From: Candidatus Latescibacterota bacterium
GTDB lineage: Bacteria; Latescibacterota; UBA2968
DNA length: 47,490 nt
Reading direction: 5' to 3'
NCBI GenBank assembly: GCA_038279365.1
Contig: JAYODI010000020.1
Span: forward strand, 19,956 to 67,445
Positions 9,884-19,900 of this stretch are shown in pieces. The position numbers and the translations under genes are program-made. A model generated the notes under the pieces. The model did not search any database and was not told the origin of the DNA. It saw only the letters and a program-made list of their open reading frames with translations. Position 1 is the first letter of the stretch; every line of letters starts with the position of its first letter.

Positions 9884-11677
9884 ATGGCGAAGAAAAAAGT
9901 GACGTTTATGTGTACCGCGTTTCGCGATGGGTTCCAATCTGTATATGGTGCACGTGTGTTTACGAAGGATTTTTTGCCGGCTGTGGAAGCTGCGCGCGAT
10001 GCGGGCATTGACTATTTTGAGGCGGGTGGTGGAGCACGTTTTCAGTCGCTTTATTTTTATTGTAATGAAGACGCATTTGACATGATGGACGCTTTTCGAG
10101 AAACTGCGGGTCCAAATGCCAATTTGCAAACCTTGGCACGGGGTGTCAATGTGGTGGGTTTAGAGTCTCAGTCGAGCGATATTGTGAAGCTCCATGCCGA
10201 TTTGTTTAAAAAACACGGCATGACGACCATTCGCAACTTTGATGCGCTCAATGATGTGAACAACTTGATTTATAGTGGGCAATGTATTGTTGATGCAGGG
10301 CTGAAACATCAGGTGTGTGTGACACTGATGGAGTTGCCACCCGGATGTGAAGGGGCACACGATGCTGATTTTTATGAAAAGACACTGCGTGAAATTTTAG
10401 ATGCTGGTATTCCCTATGATGCGGTGTGTTTTAAAGATGCATCGGGAACGGCTGTGCCATCTAAAGTGCATGAAACAATTAAACGGGCGCGCAAGATGTT
10501 GCCCGAAGGCACATTTATCCATTTTCATACGCACGAAACGGCGGGTATTAGTGTGCAGGCCAACATGGCGGCATTGGATGCAGGAGCCGATGCCATTGAT
10601 TTGTCGATGGCGCCGTGCTCTGGGGGTACCTGCCAACCCGATGTGCTGGTGATGTGGCATGCTTTGCGGGGGTCGCAATACGATTTGGATGTGGATATTG
10701 AAAAGGTGCGCGAAGCCGAAGAGGTGTTTAAGGAATGTATGGCCGATTACTTTTTGCCTCCTGAAGCAACGGCTGTGGAGCCCTTGATTCCATGGAGCCC
10801 GATGCCAGGGGGGGCGTTAACGGCCAATACTCAAATGTTGCGCGACAATGGCATTATGGATAAATACCCCGATATGATTAGGGCCATGGGCGAAGTGGTG
10901 GCGCGGGGTGGGTTTGGCACATCGGTGACACCTGTTTCGCAGTTTTATTTTCAACAGGCGTTTAACAATGTGATGTTTGGGCCGTGGGAAAGAATTGCTG
11001 AGCCTTATGGGCAGATGGTATTGGGGTATTTTGGTAAAACGCCTGTGCCGGCTGATGCAGAGATTGTCAAAATTGCTTCTGAGCAGTTAAAATTAGAACC
11101 CACAGATCAACCGCCTTTGGAACGCAATGATGCCGATCCCAAGAAAGGGATTGAGGCTGCGCGTAAAAAGTTGGAAGCTGAAGGCTTGGAAACCACAGAT
11201 GAGAATATTTTTATTGTGGCCGCTTGTGGTGCCAAGGGGATGGACTTTTTAAAGGGCAATGCTGAAGTTGGGGTGCGTAAAATTGATAAACAAGCAGAAG
11301 TGCCTGTTGCCGATGGCCCTGCAGAATATCGTTTAACCGTAAATGGACAGTCTGTGACGGTGGCTGTCAATGGCAACCAAGCAATGGTCAATGGAAAAAC
11401 ATATACCGTTAATTTACAAGAGCCAGGTGCATCCTCTGGGGGATCGGTGGTTGGTGCGACAGATGCGGTAGCCGTTCGGGCACAAATGCCAGGTAAGGTG
11501 ATTCGGGTGCTTAAAGCGGTGGGTGACTCTGTGGCACAAGGTGAGGCGGTTGTGGTGCTTGAAGCGATGAAGATGGAGGTTCAAATTACCGCTCCGCAGG
11601 CAGGAACCATAGCCGAATTGCCTGTTTCGGTGGGTGATCAGGTGGCCAATGGACAGACTTTGGCGATGATTGGATAA
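9884..11677 (+). CDS. oadA: Oxaloacetate decarboxylase alpha subunit (PycB-like carboxyltransferase + biotinyl domain)
   Basis: FRDGFQS, CFKDASG, HFHTH, PGGALT, VTPVSQ; EAMKME biotinylation site. Confidence 0.9.
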   Translation: MAKKKVTFMCTAFRDGFQSVYGARVFTKDFLPAVEAARDAGIDYFEAGGGARFQSLYFYCNEDAFDMMDAFRETAGPNANLQTLARGVNVVGLESQSSDIVKLHADLFKKHGMTTIRNFDALNDVNNLIYSGQCIVDAGLKHQVCVTLMELPPGCEGAHDADFYEKTLREILDAGIPYDAVCFKDASGTAVPSKVHETIKRARKMLPEGTFIHFHTHETAGISVQANMAALDAGADAIDLSMAPCSGGTCQPDVLVMWHALRGSQYDLDVDIEKVREAEEVFKECMADYFLPPEATAVEPLIPWSPMPGGALTANTQMLRDNGIMDKYPDMIRAMGEVVARGGFGTSVTPVSQFYFQQAFNNVMFGPWERIAEPYGQMVLGYFGKTPVPADAEIVKIASEQLKLEPTDQPPLERNDADPKKGIEAARKKLEAEGLETTDENIFIVAACGAKGMDFLKGNAEVGVRKIDKQAEVPVADGPAEYRLTVNGQSVTVAVNGNQAMVNGKTYTVNLQEPGASSGGSVVGATDAVAVRAQMPGKVIRVLKAVGDSVAQGEAVVVLEAMKMEVQITAPQAGTIAELPVSVGDQVANGQTLAMIG

Positions 11678-11706
11678 AAATAGGCAAAAGGCAAAAGTGA
11701 AACGGC

Positions 11707-11739
11707 AAAAGGCGATGGTGTGTAACCATCGCCTTTTTT
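11707..11739 (+). terminator. Intrinsic terminator of the oad operon
   Basis: AAAAGGCGATGGT-gtgta-ACCATCGCCTTTT plus extra Ts. Confidence 0.85.
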
Positions 11740-11857
11740 ATATTTATGTATAATATGTAGATTGGATTCAACGGCTCCTTGCTTTACAGAATGGCCACTT
11801 ATTGATATTTTGTGAAACGATATTATTCCATCGAATTTAAGCCAAAGAGATTTTGAG

Positions 11858-13975
11858 ATGAATTATTTTAGAAGCAATCGCTTTTTAGATACCTTGCCAG
11901 ATTGGGAAACGGGGCCGGCACCTTTGGGTGCGTTGGAAAATTATTTGCCACGTATGCGGGCATTGTTGGATCGGTTGGATAAGCCACAAGAGAGATTTAA
12001 AACCATTATTGTGGGGGGCACGAATGGCAAGGGTACAACCAGCAGTTTACTGGCTGCGTTGTTGCGCGCTTCGGGAAAACGTGTGGGGGTGTATACATCG
12101 CCACATTTGCACACGGTAAGAGAACGTATTCGGATAGATGGTGAGGTAGTACAACGCGATATATGGGCAAATGGTGTGACACGTTTGTATGACAAAAGCC
12201 GAGAATTTGAGCGTGAGGGATTGGGGGCTTTTAGTAAATTTGAGGCCTTGACGGGTTTGGCGGCGCTTTTGTTTGCAGAGGCAGATGTTGAATATGGCAT
12301 TTTTGAAGTGGGTTTGGGTGGGCGATATGATGCCACCAATGCGTGGGATTCGGATGTGGCTGTGTTGACGGCCATTCAATTGGATCATACGGCGATTTTG
12401 GGTGATACGGTTGAAGAGATTGCATTGGATAAGATATATATTGCGCGAGCTGAACGCCCCTTGTTTACATCGGCGGCGCAAGATGGTGCTGTTTTGAGTT
12501 TGCTAAAAGATGAGAGCAAACGCCGTGGTGCACTTTTACATGTGGTGGATGTGTTAGAAGGTATAGAAGGTCGCCCCAAAACATTTGCTCAAAATGCGGC
12601 GTTGAGTGTTGCTGTGGGACGTCATTTATTAGGTGCGTTAAATGCCACGGTGATAGATGAAGTGATGGCCTCTTTTGTGTGGCCTGGGCGATTTGAGGTG
12701 GTGCAAGATAAACCACCTGTAATTTTGGATGGGGCGCATAACCCCGATGCGGTACGCGATTTGATGGCTGATTTAAAATTGCGCTCTGATTCGTGGACAT
12801 TTGTTGTGGGCGTCAATGCGGGTCATGATGCCGCAGGTATTTTGGATATGATTGTGCCTTTTGCACACCGGATTGTGTTGACGCGTTCGATGCATCCCAA
12901 AGCATTGGATTTAACCGCTGTCAAATCTCATATTCCCAATCATATTCCTGTATCTGTGGAACAAGATGGTTTGGTTTGTTTAAAGACCTTGTTGGCTTCA
13001 CCCATTGTGCGGCCTTTGTGTGTGTTGGGTTCTTTGCATTTGGTGGCGCTTGCGCGAGAAGTGTTGGATTTGCCTCATGAAAAAGACGGTTTTAGTGAAG
13101 ATGTTTTTTTAGAAAGCTTGCAGTGTTTGGAAATTGCCTGCCGAAATTTGGGCGTGTCTTATACACCCGTGTCGGATAATGGCAATGTGGTGCGTATTGT
13201 TAAAGAGGGGCGTCCGATGTATTTTATGCGAAACAAACACCCTTTTAATGATTATGTGTCGGGTCGATTGGCCGAAGATAAGGGATACCAATATGAACTG
13301 TTCCAGCAAGCTGGGTTGTGTATTCCACAAACCCTGATGGTGTTTAACCCACTTGCAGATCGACGATTTGACCGATACAAAACACATGCATCTGTGGCCG
13401 CTATTGTTGAAGATGTGATGTGCAAGTTTACGTTGCCAGTGGTTTTGAAACGAAACCGTGGTTCTATGGCGCAGGGTGTTTATTTGGAAACGGATGTAGA
13501 TGGTTTGACACGGCGGTTGCAAGAGTTGTGCGAAGAGAGTGGACGAATGGACAATGTGCTTTTGGTTCAAGCATTTGTCGATGGCCCAGAATATCGCATT
13601 GTGGCCAGCCAAGATAATTTGTTGCTTGCCTATGAAAAACAAGGCGATGGTGGATTGGGAGGTGATCTCAACCCTTTACATCAGGCCGGTGGTGTGGCGG
13701 TGCCGGTGGTAGATGGTATTTTGCTTGAAGAAATGCGGTGTGTGGTTAAATTGTTGAATGGGGTTTTGGATTTGGGTTTTTGTGCGATTGATTTAATTGC
13801 AGGCCCCGATGGTTTGTCTGTTTTGGAAGTGAACCCAAATCCTGTGTGTCATTTTTATAATTTTCACAATGGACGCAGTGATTTTGTTCAGGTTTATGAT
13901 TATTTGTTAAAAAAATATGTGCTGGGTGAAACACCTGAGGTGCCGGTTAAGCAAACAACGGCTTTGTCGGGGTAA
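11858..13975 (+). CDS. folC: FolC (dihydrofolate/folylpolyglutamate synthase) fused to a C-terminal ATP-grasp domain
   Basis: GTNGKGTT, YTSPHL..VRERI, EVGLGGRYDATN, LDH, WPGRFE, LDGAHN; then AEDK, VVLKRNRGSMAQGV, VQAFVDGPEYRI, AIDLI, LEVNPNP. Confidence 0.85.
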   Translation: MNYFRSNRFLDTLPDWETGPAPLGALENYLPRMRALLDRLDKPQERFKTIIVGGTNGKGTTSSLLAALLRASGKRVGVYTSPHLHTVRERIRIDGEVVQRDIWANGVTRLYDKSREFEREGLGAFSKFEALTGLAALLFAEADVEYGIFEVGLGGRYDATNAWDSDVAVLTAIQLDHTAILGDTVEEIALDKIYIARAERPLFTSAAQDGAVLSLLKDESKRRGALLHVVDVLEGIEGRPKTFAQNAALSVAVGRHLLGALNATVIDEVMASFVWPGRFEVVQDKPPVILDGAHNPDAVRDLMADLKLRSDSWTFVVGVNAGHDAAGILDMIVPFAHRIVLTRSMHPKALDLTAVKSHIPNHIPVSVEQDGLVCLKTLLASPIVRPLCVLGSLHLVALAREVLDLPHEKDGFSEDVFLESLQCLEIACRNLGVSYTPVSDNGNVVRIVKEGRPMYFMRNKHPFNDYVSGRLAEDKGYQYELFQQAGLCIPQTLMVFNPLADRRFDRYKTHASVAAIVEDVMCKFTLPVVLKRNRGSMAQGVYLETDVDGLTRRLQELCEESGRMDNVLLVQAFVDGPEYRIVASQDNLLLAYEKQGDGGLGGDLNPLHQAGGVAVPVVDGILLEEMRCVVKLLNGVLDLGFCAIDLIAGPDGLSVLEVNPNPVCHFYNFHNGRSDFVQVYDYLLKKYVLGETPEVPVKQTTALSG

Positions 13976-13984
13976 AAAGGTGAT

Positions 13985-14011
13985 TGAGGTTTTTGGGTTT
14001 TAGGCCGATAA
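13985..14011 (+). promoter_or_regulatory. Putative sigma28 (FliA) promoter
   Basis: TGAGGTTT-N11-GCCGATAA versus consensus TAAAGTTT-N11-GCCGATAA. Confidence 0.6.
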
Positions 14012-14177
14012 GTAAAAGAGCAGCGATGCCATATGCTTGTTGGTATTGCGATCGGATTTGTTTGCTCGAATCGTGCCTTGTGCCGTGTGGTGTGTCACCA
14101 TATCTTTACGACACTGTGTGACAGGTTTTTAACAAGGGCGTTTTCGGGAACGCTGTAATTGTGAGGAGTATCGTATT

Positions 14178-14843
14178 ATGAAATATATTTTGGGATTGAT
14201 TTTGTGCTGTTTTGCATCTGGGTCATGTTTGGATGCGGCCACAATTTCTAAGGTGAGTGACAAAGATATTTATGTCAATATTGGTAAACAGACGGGCGTA
14301 CAAATTGGGACGATGATGAATGTTTATCGCAAAAAAGAGGTGGAATCTGAATATGGTACCATGAAGTTTACGACTCAAATTTTTATTGGTCGTATTTTGG
14401 CATACAAAGTGGGTGACACACAAACCGTGGCACGTGTGAAAGAGGTGACTTCTGTTATTGAAGAGGATACCAAAAAAGCTGTATTGAAAGGGGATTTGGC
14501 ACAGCCAGCTTTTTTGATTTCTGCAGATGAGTTGTTTAAGCGAGATGAAACGGACCTAATGGCAAGTGGTGTGCCGACTTTGAGGCGAATGGCTGGGTTT
14601 ATTAAGCGTTTTAAGGCGCTTAAAGTGCGTATTGAAGCACATACCGATTCGGATGCCACTGGATCGGTTAAATTATCCCGAGCGCAAGCCAAGAGTATTC
14701 GTGATTGGTTGGTCAAGGAAGCGGAGATAGACAACGATATGTTGATACCGGTTGGTTATGGTGACCAAAAGCCTATTGCTGATAATGACAGCAGTGAGGG
14801 GCAAAAATCCAACAGACGTGTGGAAATTGTGATTGAGGATTGA
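14178..14843 (+). CDS. Exported protein: FlgT_C-like domain + OmpA_C domain (paralog 1)
   Basis: Signal peptide; IYVNIGKQTGVQIGTMMNVYR...IGRI...GD; EAHTD, GYGDQKPIADN, NRRVEI. Confidence 0.8.
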   Translation: MKYILGLILCCFASGSCLDAATISKVSDKDIYVNIGKQTGVQIGTMMNVYRKKEVESEYGTMKFTTQIFIGRILAYKVGDTQTVARVKEVTSVIEEDTKKAVLKGDLAQPAFLISADELFKRDETDLMASGVPTLRRMAGFIKRFKALKVRIEAHTDSDATGSVKLSRAQAKSIRDWLVKEAEIDNDMLIPVGYGDQKPIADNDSSEGQKSNRRVEIVIED

Positions 14844-14955
14844 GTGGGCAAACGGCAAACGTGAAATGTAAAATCAAAACCGAAACCACCCATCTGCTTT
14901 CTGCGGTTTGCCGTTTTATTGCTTCTCTTGTTTCACTGATTTTAAAGGTTTTGTT

Positions 14956-15681
14956 ATGATGCGATTGTTTACATGGCTTGTTATGGTATGTGCTTTTTGG
15001 GCCAAAGATGTTTCGGCGCAGGAGTTTGTGGTTTTTAAGGTGCATACACCTTTTGATATGGGGCAAGTGATGCCTGATTCTGGGCGCGTAAATGATTTTT
15101 ATGTGCGTATTGGTATTGCTGAAGGGGCACAAATTGGCACGGTTTTAAATGTGTATCGCGACCGTGATATTGTTTCTGATGTGGGCAATTTTGTGGTGAA
15201 AGATCGTCATTATATTGGACGTATGCGCGTTATTCGTACAAGCCAAGAATATGCGGTGGCTCGGGTGCTCGACTTGGCAGATTATTCGGATCCTCATCGC
15301 GCACTCAATGCGGTGGTGATTGGTGATTATGTACAACCTGTGTTTGTGGTGGCATCTGAAAACTTGTTTGATCAGGGGAGCAGTCAATTGCGCCCTGAAG
15401 CACAAACAGAAATTGCGCGTGCGGCGCGTTTTATTGCGCGATTTGCGCCCATTAAGGTGCGCGTAGAAGGGCATACGGACAATACGGGGGATGATGATGT
15501 GAATATGACACTTTCGCAAGCCCGTGCAGAGGCTGTGATGCGTATGTTAATTAATAACTATAGTGTTGATGAAGATATTCTGGTACCCGTTGGTTATGGT
15601 GAAGGTAAACCGATTGCTTCAAATGATACCCCCGAAGGACAGCGTAAAAATAGGCGATTTGAAATTGTGATTGAAAAATAA
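14956..15681 (+). CDS. Exported protein: FlgT_C-like domain + OmpA_C domain (paralog 2)
   Basis: Signal peptide ending VSA-Q; YVRIGIAEGAQIGTVLNVYR; EGHTDNTG..LSQARA, GYGEGKPIASN, NRRFEI. Confidence 0.82.
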   Translation: MMRLFTWLVMVCAFWAKDVSAQEFVVFKVHTPFDMGQVMPDSGRVNDFYVRIGIAEGAQIGTVLNVYRDRDIVSDVGNFVVKDRHYIGRMRVIRTSQEYAVARVLDLADYSDPHRALNAVVIGDYVQPVFVVASENLFDQGSSQLRPEAQTEIARAARFIARFAPIKVRVEGHTDNTGDDDVNMTLSQARAEAVMRMLINNYSVDEDILVPVGYGEGKPIASNDTPEGQRKNRRFEIVIEK

Positions 15682-15796
15682 GTGCTAAAAGACGGATATC
15701 CTGATCTGTTATTAACAAAAACATATTGGGATGATGGGCGCAAGCCATCTTATCCTTATCGCTTTTATTTGGAACTATATAAATGCAATGTTTCGC

Positions 15797-15822
15797 AACC
15801 GCGTATCAACGCGGTTTTTTTT
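15797..15822 (+). terminator. Intrinsic terminator
   Basis: AACCGCGT-atca-ACGCGGTT plus T-run. Confidence 0.8.
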
Positions 15823-15835
15823 GTGTAAAAATGGG

Positions 15836-15862
15836 TCAAGACTGGCGTGAGAATGCCGATAT
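15836..15862 (+). promoter_or_regulatory. Putative sigma28 promoter
   Basis: TCAA-N15-GCCGATAT. Confidence 0.65.
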
Positions 15863-15892
15863 CATGAATAATAGGAGAAGTTTTCATTTTAT

Positions 15893-16879
15893 ATGGGATG
15901 GTTTGATATGTTGGATCTCTCACGTTTTTCAAATGTTTTGTCTCAATTTGGGGCTAATTTTCCCATTCAAAATACTTTGGGGCAACCCAAGCCTGCATCA
16001 TTGAGCATACCGCAAGCACCCAAAACGCCTGAAAAAGACAGTTTTTCTTTTTCTCCTGTTGGGTCGAATGTGGTTGGGTCTTCATTTGATAGACGCGAAC
16101 CCACTCCTCTTGTTGCTCCCTCTGAGCCACCGCCTATCGCTGTGAATTCGGACGGCACCTATCGCCCAACACAAATACAATTTAATTCCAGTTTAAATTT
16201 TGCATTTTCGGCATCGTTAAGCCGAGCCACAGTGGTTCAGCGGCCCAATTTGCAGGGTGGCTCTTTGGTCAGCGATCGTACGTCATCGCAGTTTTCCTAC
16301 CAAACTTCTGCATATTCTGAGCGAAGCAATATTGGTGGCAGTTTTGGCGAAGTAAGACGTTTTCAGACCGATATGTTTTTTAGCCGAACCCGCACGCTCT
16401 CACAAAATTTAAGCCCTGAAACGGGGCAACAATTGGAATCGACTGGGCGTAAAGTGGCTCGTCAGTTTGAGATTGAAATTTCTTTGGACGCTTCATTTTT
16501 ACGCCAATTTAATGTACAAACCGAAGGTTTGGCAGACGACGAAGATATGTTGGGGCAGTATTTGGATAATGCAGATGGGTTGGCGGGATTATCGGGTGAG
16601 GCATTGCAGGCATTTTTTAACGAAGTAGATCAAATTCTGGCCGATACAGAGTCTTTTGTTAAAGATTCTTTGGGTTCGTTTTTGACCGATGTGAAGGCGG
16701 CTTTTGGTTTAAATGATGCTGAAGCAGATGATTTAACCAATATGGTGATTTCTGAAGTGCAGGCCTTTTTTAAAGATGTAGATGCTTTTTTGAGTGATGC
16801 GCGCAATGCAGTGTTGGCACCAGAAGAAACATCAGGGGCTTTACCTGAGGATGTGGGTGCGGCTGCATTGGTGGCATAG
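15893..16879 (+). CDS. Hypothetical protein; Ser/Pro-rich N-half, acidic helical C-half
   Basis: 328-aa ORF with AGGAG upstream, its own promoter and a terminator; no family recognised with confidence. Confidence 0.7.
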   Translation: MGWFDMLDLSRFSNVLSQFGANFPIQNTLGQPKPASLSIPQAPKTPEKDSFSFSPVGSNVVGSSFDRREPTPLVAPSEPPPIAVNSDGTYRPTQIQFNSSLNFAFSASLSRATVVQRPNLQGGSLVSDRTSSQFSYQTSAYSERSNIGGSFGEVRRFQTDMFFSRTRTLSQNLSPETGQQLESTGRKVARQFEIEISLDASFLRQFNVQTEGLADDEDMLGQYLDNADGLAGLSGEALQAFFNEVDQILADTESFVKDSLGSFLTDVKAAFGLNDAEADDLTNMVISEVQAFFKDVDAFLSDARNAVLAPEETSGALPEDVGAAALVA

Positions 16880-16921
16880 GTTGATCAAATTAAAATTTTA
16901 GACTGTTTACGAACACATATC

Positions 16922-16958
16922 AAAAAAGGGTTGGCATTTATTATGCCAACCCTTTTTT
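16922..16958. terminator. Bidirectional intrinsic terminator
   Basis: AAAAAAGGGTTGGCAT-ttatt-ATGCCAACCCTTTTTT, perfect stem between convergent genes. Confidence 0.92.
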
Positions 16959-16976
16959 GTGTGCTATCAAGAGATG

Positions 16977-19900
16977 TTAGACTTTGATGGGAACCATTTT
17001 GTGGCCACGAGGTTGGAATTTTTGGCCTGTTAAGAGCCGTGCCAAAGTATAAGTGACGCGCAGTGTGACTTTGTTTTTTCCTCTTTTAAGCCATGATGTG
17101 TTGCCCGACCAAATATATGGTGCCCAGGCCCGAACACCCAATGTATGCCCATTGATCTGTATTTCAACAATATCATCTATGTCTTTGAGTGTTTTTTCCA
17201 AATCCAATTCAAATTCTTTTGTGCTTGGTATGGTTCTAAAATTGATTTCTTGTGTAAATGCGACAGTGCCTGCATAAAATGGCAAACCGAGGGCATCGAG
17301 GTCGTGAAAGACGCCTTTGTCTTTGGGGGCAACGATGCGCAAATAACGACTGCGCCAAGACTTGATCTGAAAACGGCCAAACAAATAGAGTGCATCCAAT
17401 AAACCTGCATCGGGTTGGTGGGCTTCAACGCGAATGGCGATGACGTTTTTGCCTTTGTTGATGCGACGGCCTACGGCACAGGTGATGTTTGAATGGTCGT
17501 ATCGAAAGGTGGGGCGAAATGCGTTGTTGGGCAGCTTGGACCCATTGATATAAATTTGATAGTCGCCTTCTATGGCAAGGCGATCCATAACCAAGGCCAA
17601 TTTGGTGGGCACAACATCGGCTGCAAATGTGGCACGATACCAGCAAACAATGGGATAGGAAAGTTGTGGCTTTTCTGATACCAATTTTAGGGGCAAATCA
17701 TATGAGGCTGGTAGGTCGCGCAATTGTTCGATGATGGGTTTTGGGGTGACTTCTGCCCAACGGTTGTCTACGTAATCGGGCTTGTGCCACCCTTGGCGCG
17801 CACCTCGATTTTGGGGGTCCAGTTGCATGCGAAAGGTGCTTAAACGTAAGGCATTGTCTTCTTCTGGGTCTACTTTCCAGTTGCCCTTTATTTCAAAACT
17901 TAAGGGTGAAATTTCGGGGGGGGGTGGAGGGTCTACCTGTTCATCAGACAAGACAATCAGATGAGATTGATGATTGGAAAACGTGAGATGGATGATCGCT
18001 TGGTTACCAATATATTCTGCTAAGATAGGTGTTCGCTTGCCTGTTTCAAGGTTCCAGAGCTCTATTTTGCCATTGCGTTTGAGGCTGGGCAATTGGATGC
18101 GCGCAGTGGTTGGTGTGCTGTCTGTGTTGATAAAAAAGTAAAGGTGCTGTTTGTCTGCCACGCGGTGTTGATATTGAATGGCACTGGGATTTTTACTTTG
18201 AGATTGAATGTGAACCCGTTTGGGCAGGACTTCATCGAGCTGGTTGGCCAGCATTTCTGAACCCCGGTTCTTTTCTACTGCTCCACCTGTGCGAATGAGG
18301 CTAAAACTACCCCGTTTGACCAAGTGTACACCCACTTCATGCCCAGTATAGTCACGAATCATACGGCTGGGTTCAACATCGGTTAAGCGGAAACATCCGT
18401 CCATGACGGATGCGCCTTCTTGAATGTCTTCGATGGGAATGAGCCCCAATGCAATAATTTGCCCGTCTGCATGAATGAAGTCTTTTAAAAAATCAAAAAC
18501 TTCACGTTCGAGGTTTGTCATGGGGGGCAAGACCAGCACTTTGTATTTGGCTTGTCCTATGTGTACTTCTTGACCCACAATTTTGGCTTGGCTCAACATG
18601 GCAGGGTCTAAGGTGTGAAACGGGCGTTGCATGCTTTCGAGTGCCTGAATAATATATGTCCAGTCGGAGATGAGGCGTTCTACAAGGGCTTTTTCATCTT
18701 TGTCTGGACCAAAATATTCCCAATTGTTTTCTGGGTGACTCAGGTGTGCCCACAAGCTGGTAATGGGTTCAAGCAAGGCAATTTCAACATCGGGTTGGCT
18801 GTTGGACATGACGTAGGACAAACGTCCGACATAGTCGGATAACAACCGAAAATGTTTCCAGTAGGGATTTTGGTGAAATTGCGAAGGAGGCGTGGTGTGT
18901 TTGCGAAGCCCATTAAGCGTATAAAAGAAACCATCGGGCGCAAATTGTGTGACACCTTGTCTTCCGGCGGCGTCAATTTGGGCCTTCATGTCTTGCAGGG
19001 TCAGTGCCCAACCTGCGTTTCTAAAACACGTGCTTAAGACTTCATTGGCATTTGTTTGGGTTGCCAAAGAGGTCGTGAATACGGCATTTTTTTGATATGT
19101 GGTGGGATTAGACGTATATCCGCGTACTTGTTCTATGCCAATTTTTTCACCTGTTTGCCCAGTGCCAAGTATGGTAATGTTGTTTCGGTGTGCGGAGCGT
19201 GATGGGGGAACGTTGTTGGCATAGTGCAGGTTGTGTTGTTTGCTGAGACTTTGCCATTGGGCAAAGTCGTGTTTTTGTTTGAGTTCGCCAATGGTTTGGA
19301 AATAGTCGTATCGAATGCGTGCTGTGTTGGGTCCAAAGTGTGTGATGAGTGCGGGCAAACAAGACACAATGGAATACCCATTGCGCTCTTGAAAATAGGT
19401 CGGTAATACAGGTGACCACTTCAGTGGCAAAGGTGAGGGATCGGTTTGGTGCGTGAGTACGCCCATCCAAGTTTTGCCTATTTGGTCTGCAAATTTGTCG
19501 AGATAAGGTTGTAGGGTGGTATTTTGAAGATGCTGAACAGCCTCTGGATTGAGGCGATCGATGTGGATGCCTTTTTGGGTTTCTGTGGCAACGGGTTCTT
19601 GCAGAAACACCAATACCCGCCAGCGGCCTGTTGGGGCTTTCCAATAAAGGCGACGTGTGGGATTGTGTGTGGTATATGTGTAGGGATGGTAATTGGGGAG
19701 GGTTTCATTTTGCTCAAAATGCATTTGTTGGTGATTGGCACCCAAATAGGTGCGAATATCTTGCGCATTTTCCCACAAACTGCGGTCTCGGCGCAAGGGT
19801 ACGGCTATGGCGAGTAAAACAGGTGCCCAAGGCAAGACCATATCTACTTGTTGCCCACCTTGTACCACTGTTTCTCGGTATGTGAGGTGTTGGGCAACAA

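Noticed and set aside
11858-13975. Cyanophycin synthetase
   Set aside because: Domain order is reversed and the Mur-ligase part has FolC-specific motifs (TSPHL, GLGGRYDATN, DGAHN).
14844-14920. c-di-GMP-I riboswitch (GGCAAAC...GAAA)
   Set aside because: The P2 stem and the downstream GCAAAG/tetraloop-receptor elements are missing; better explained as a GGCAAAC repeat.
15728-15756. GCAA-tetraloop hairpin in the 3' UTR of the OmpA_C pair as an ncRNA
   Set aside because: Single short hairpin with no promoter or family evidence.
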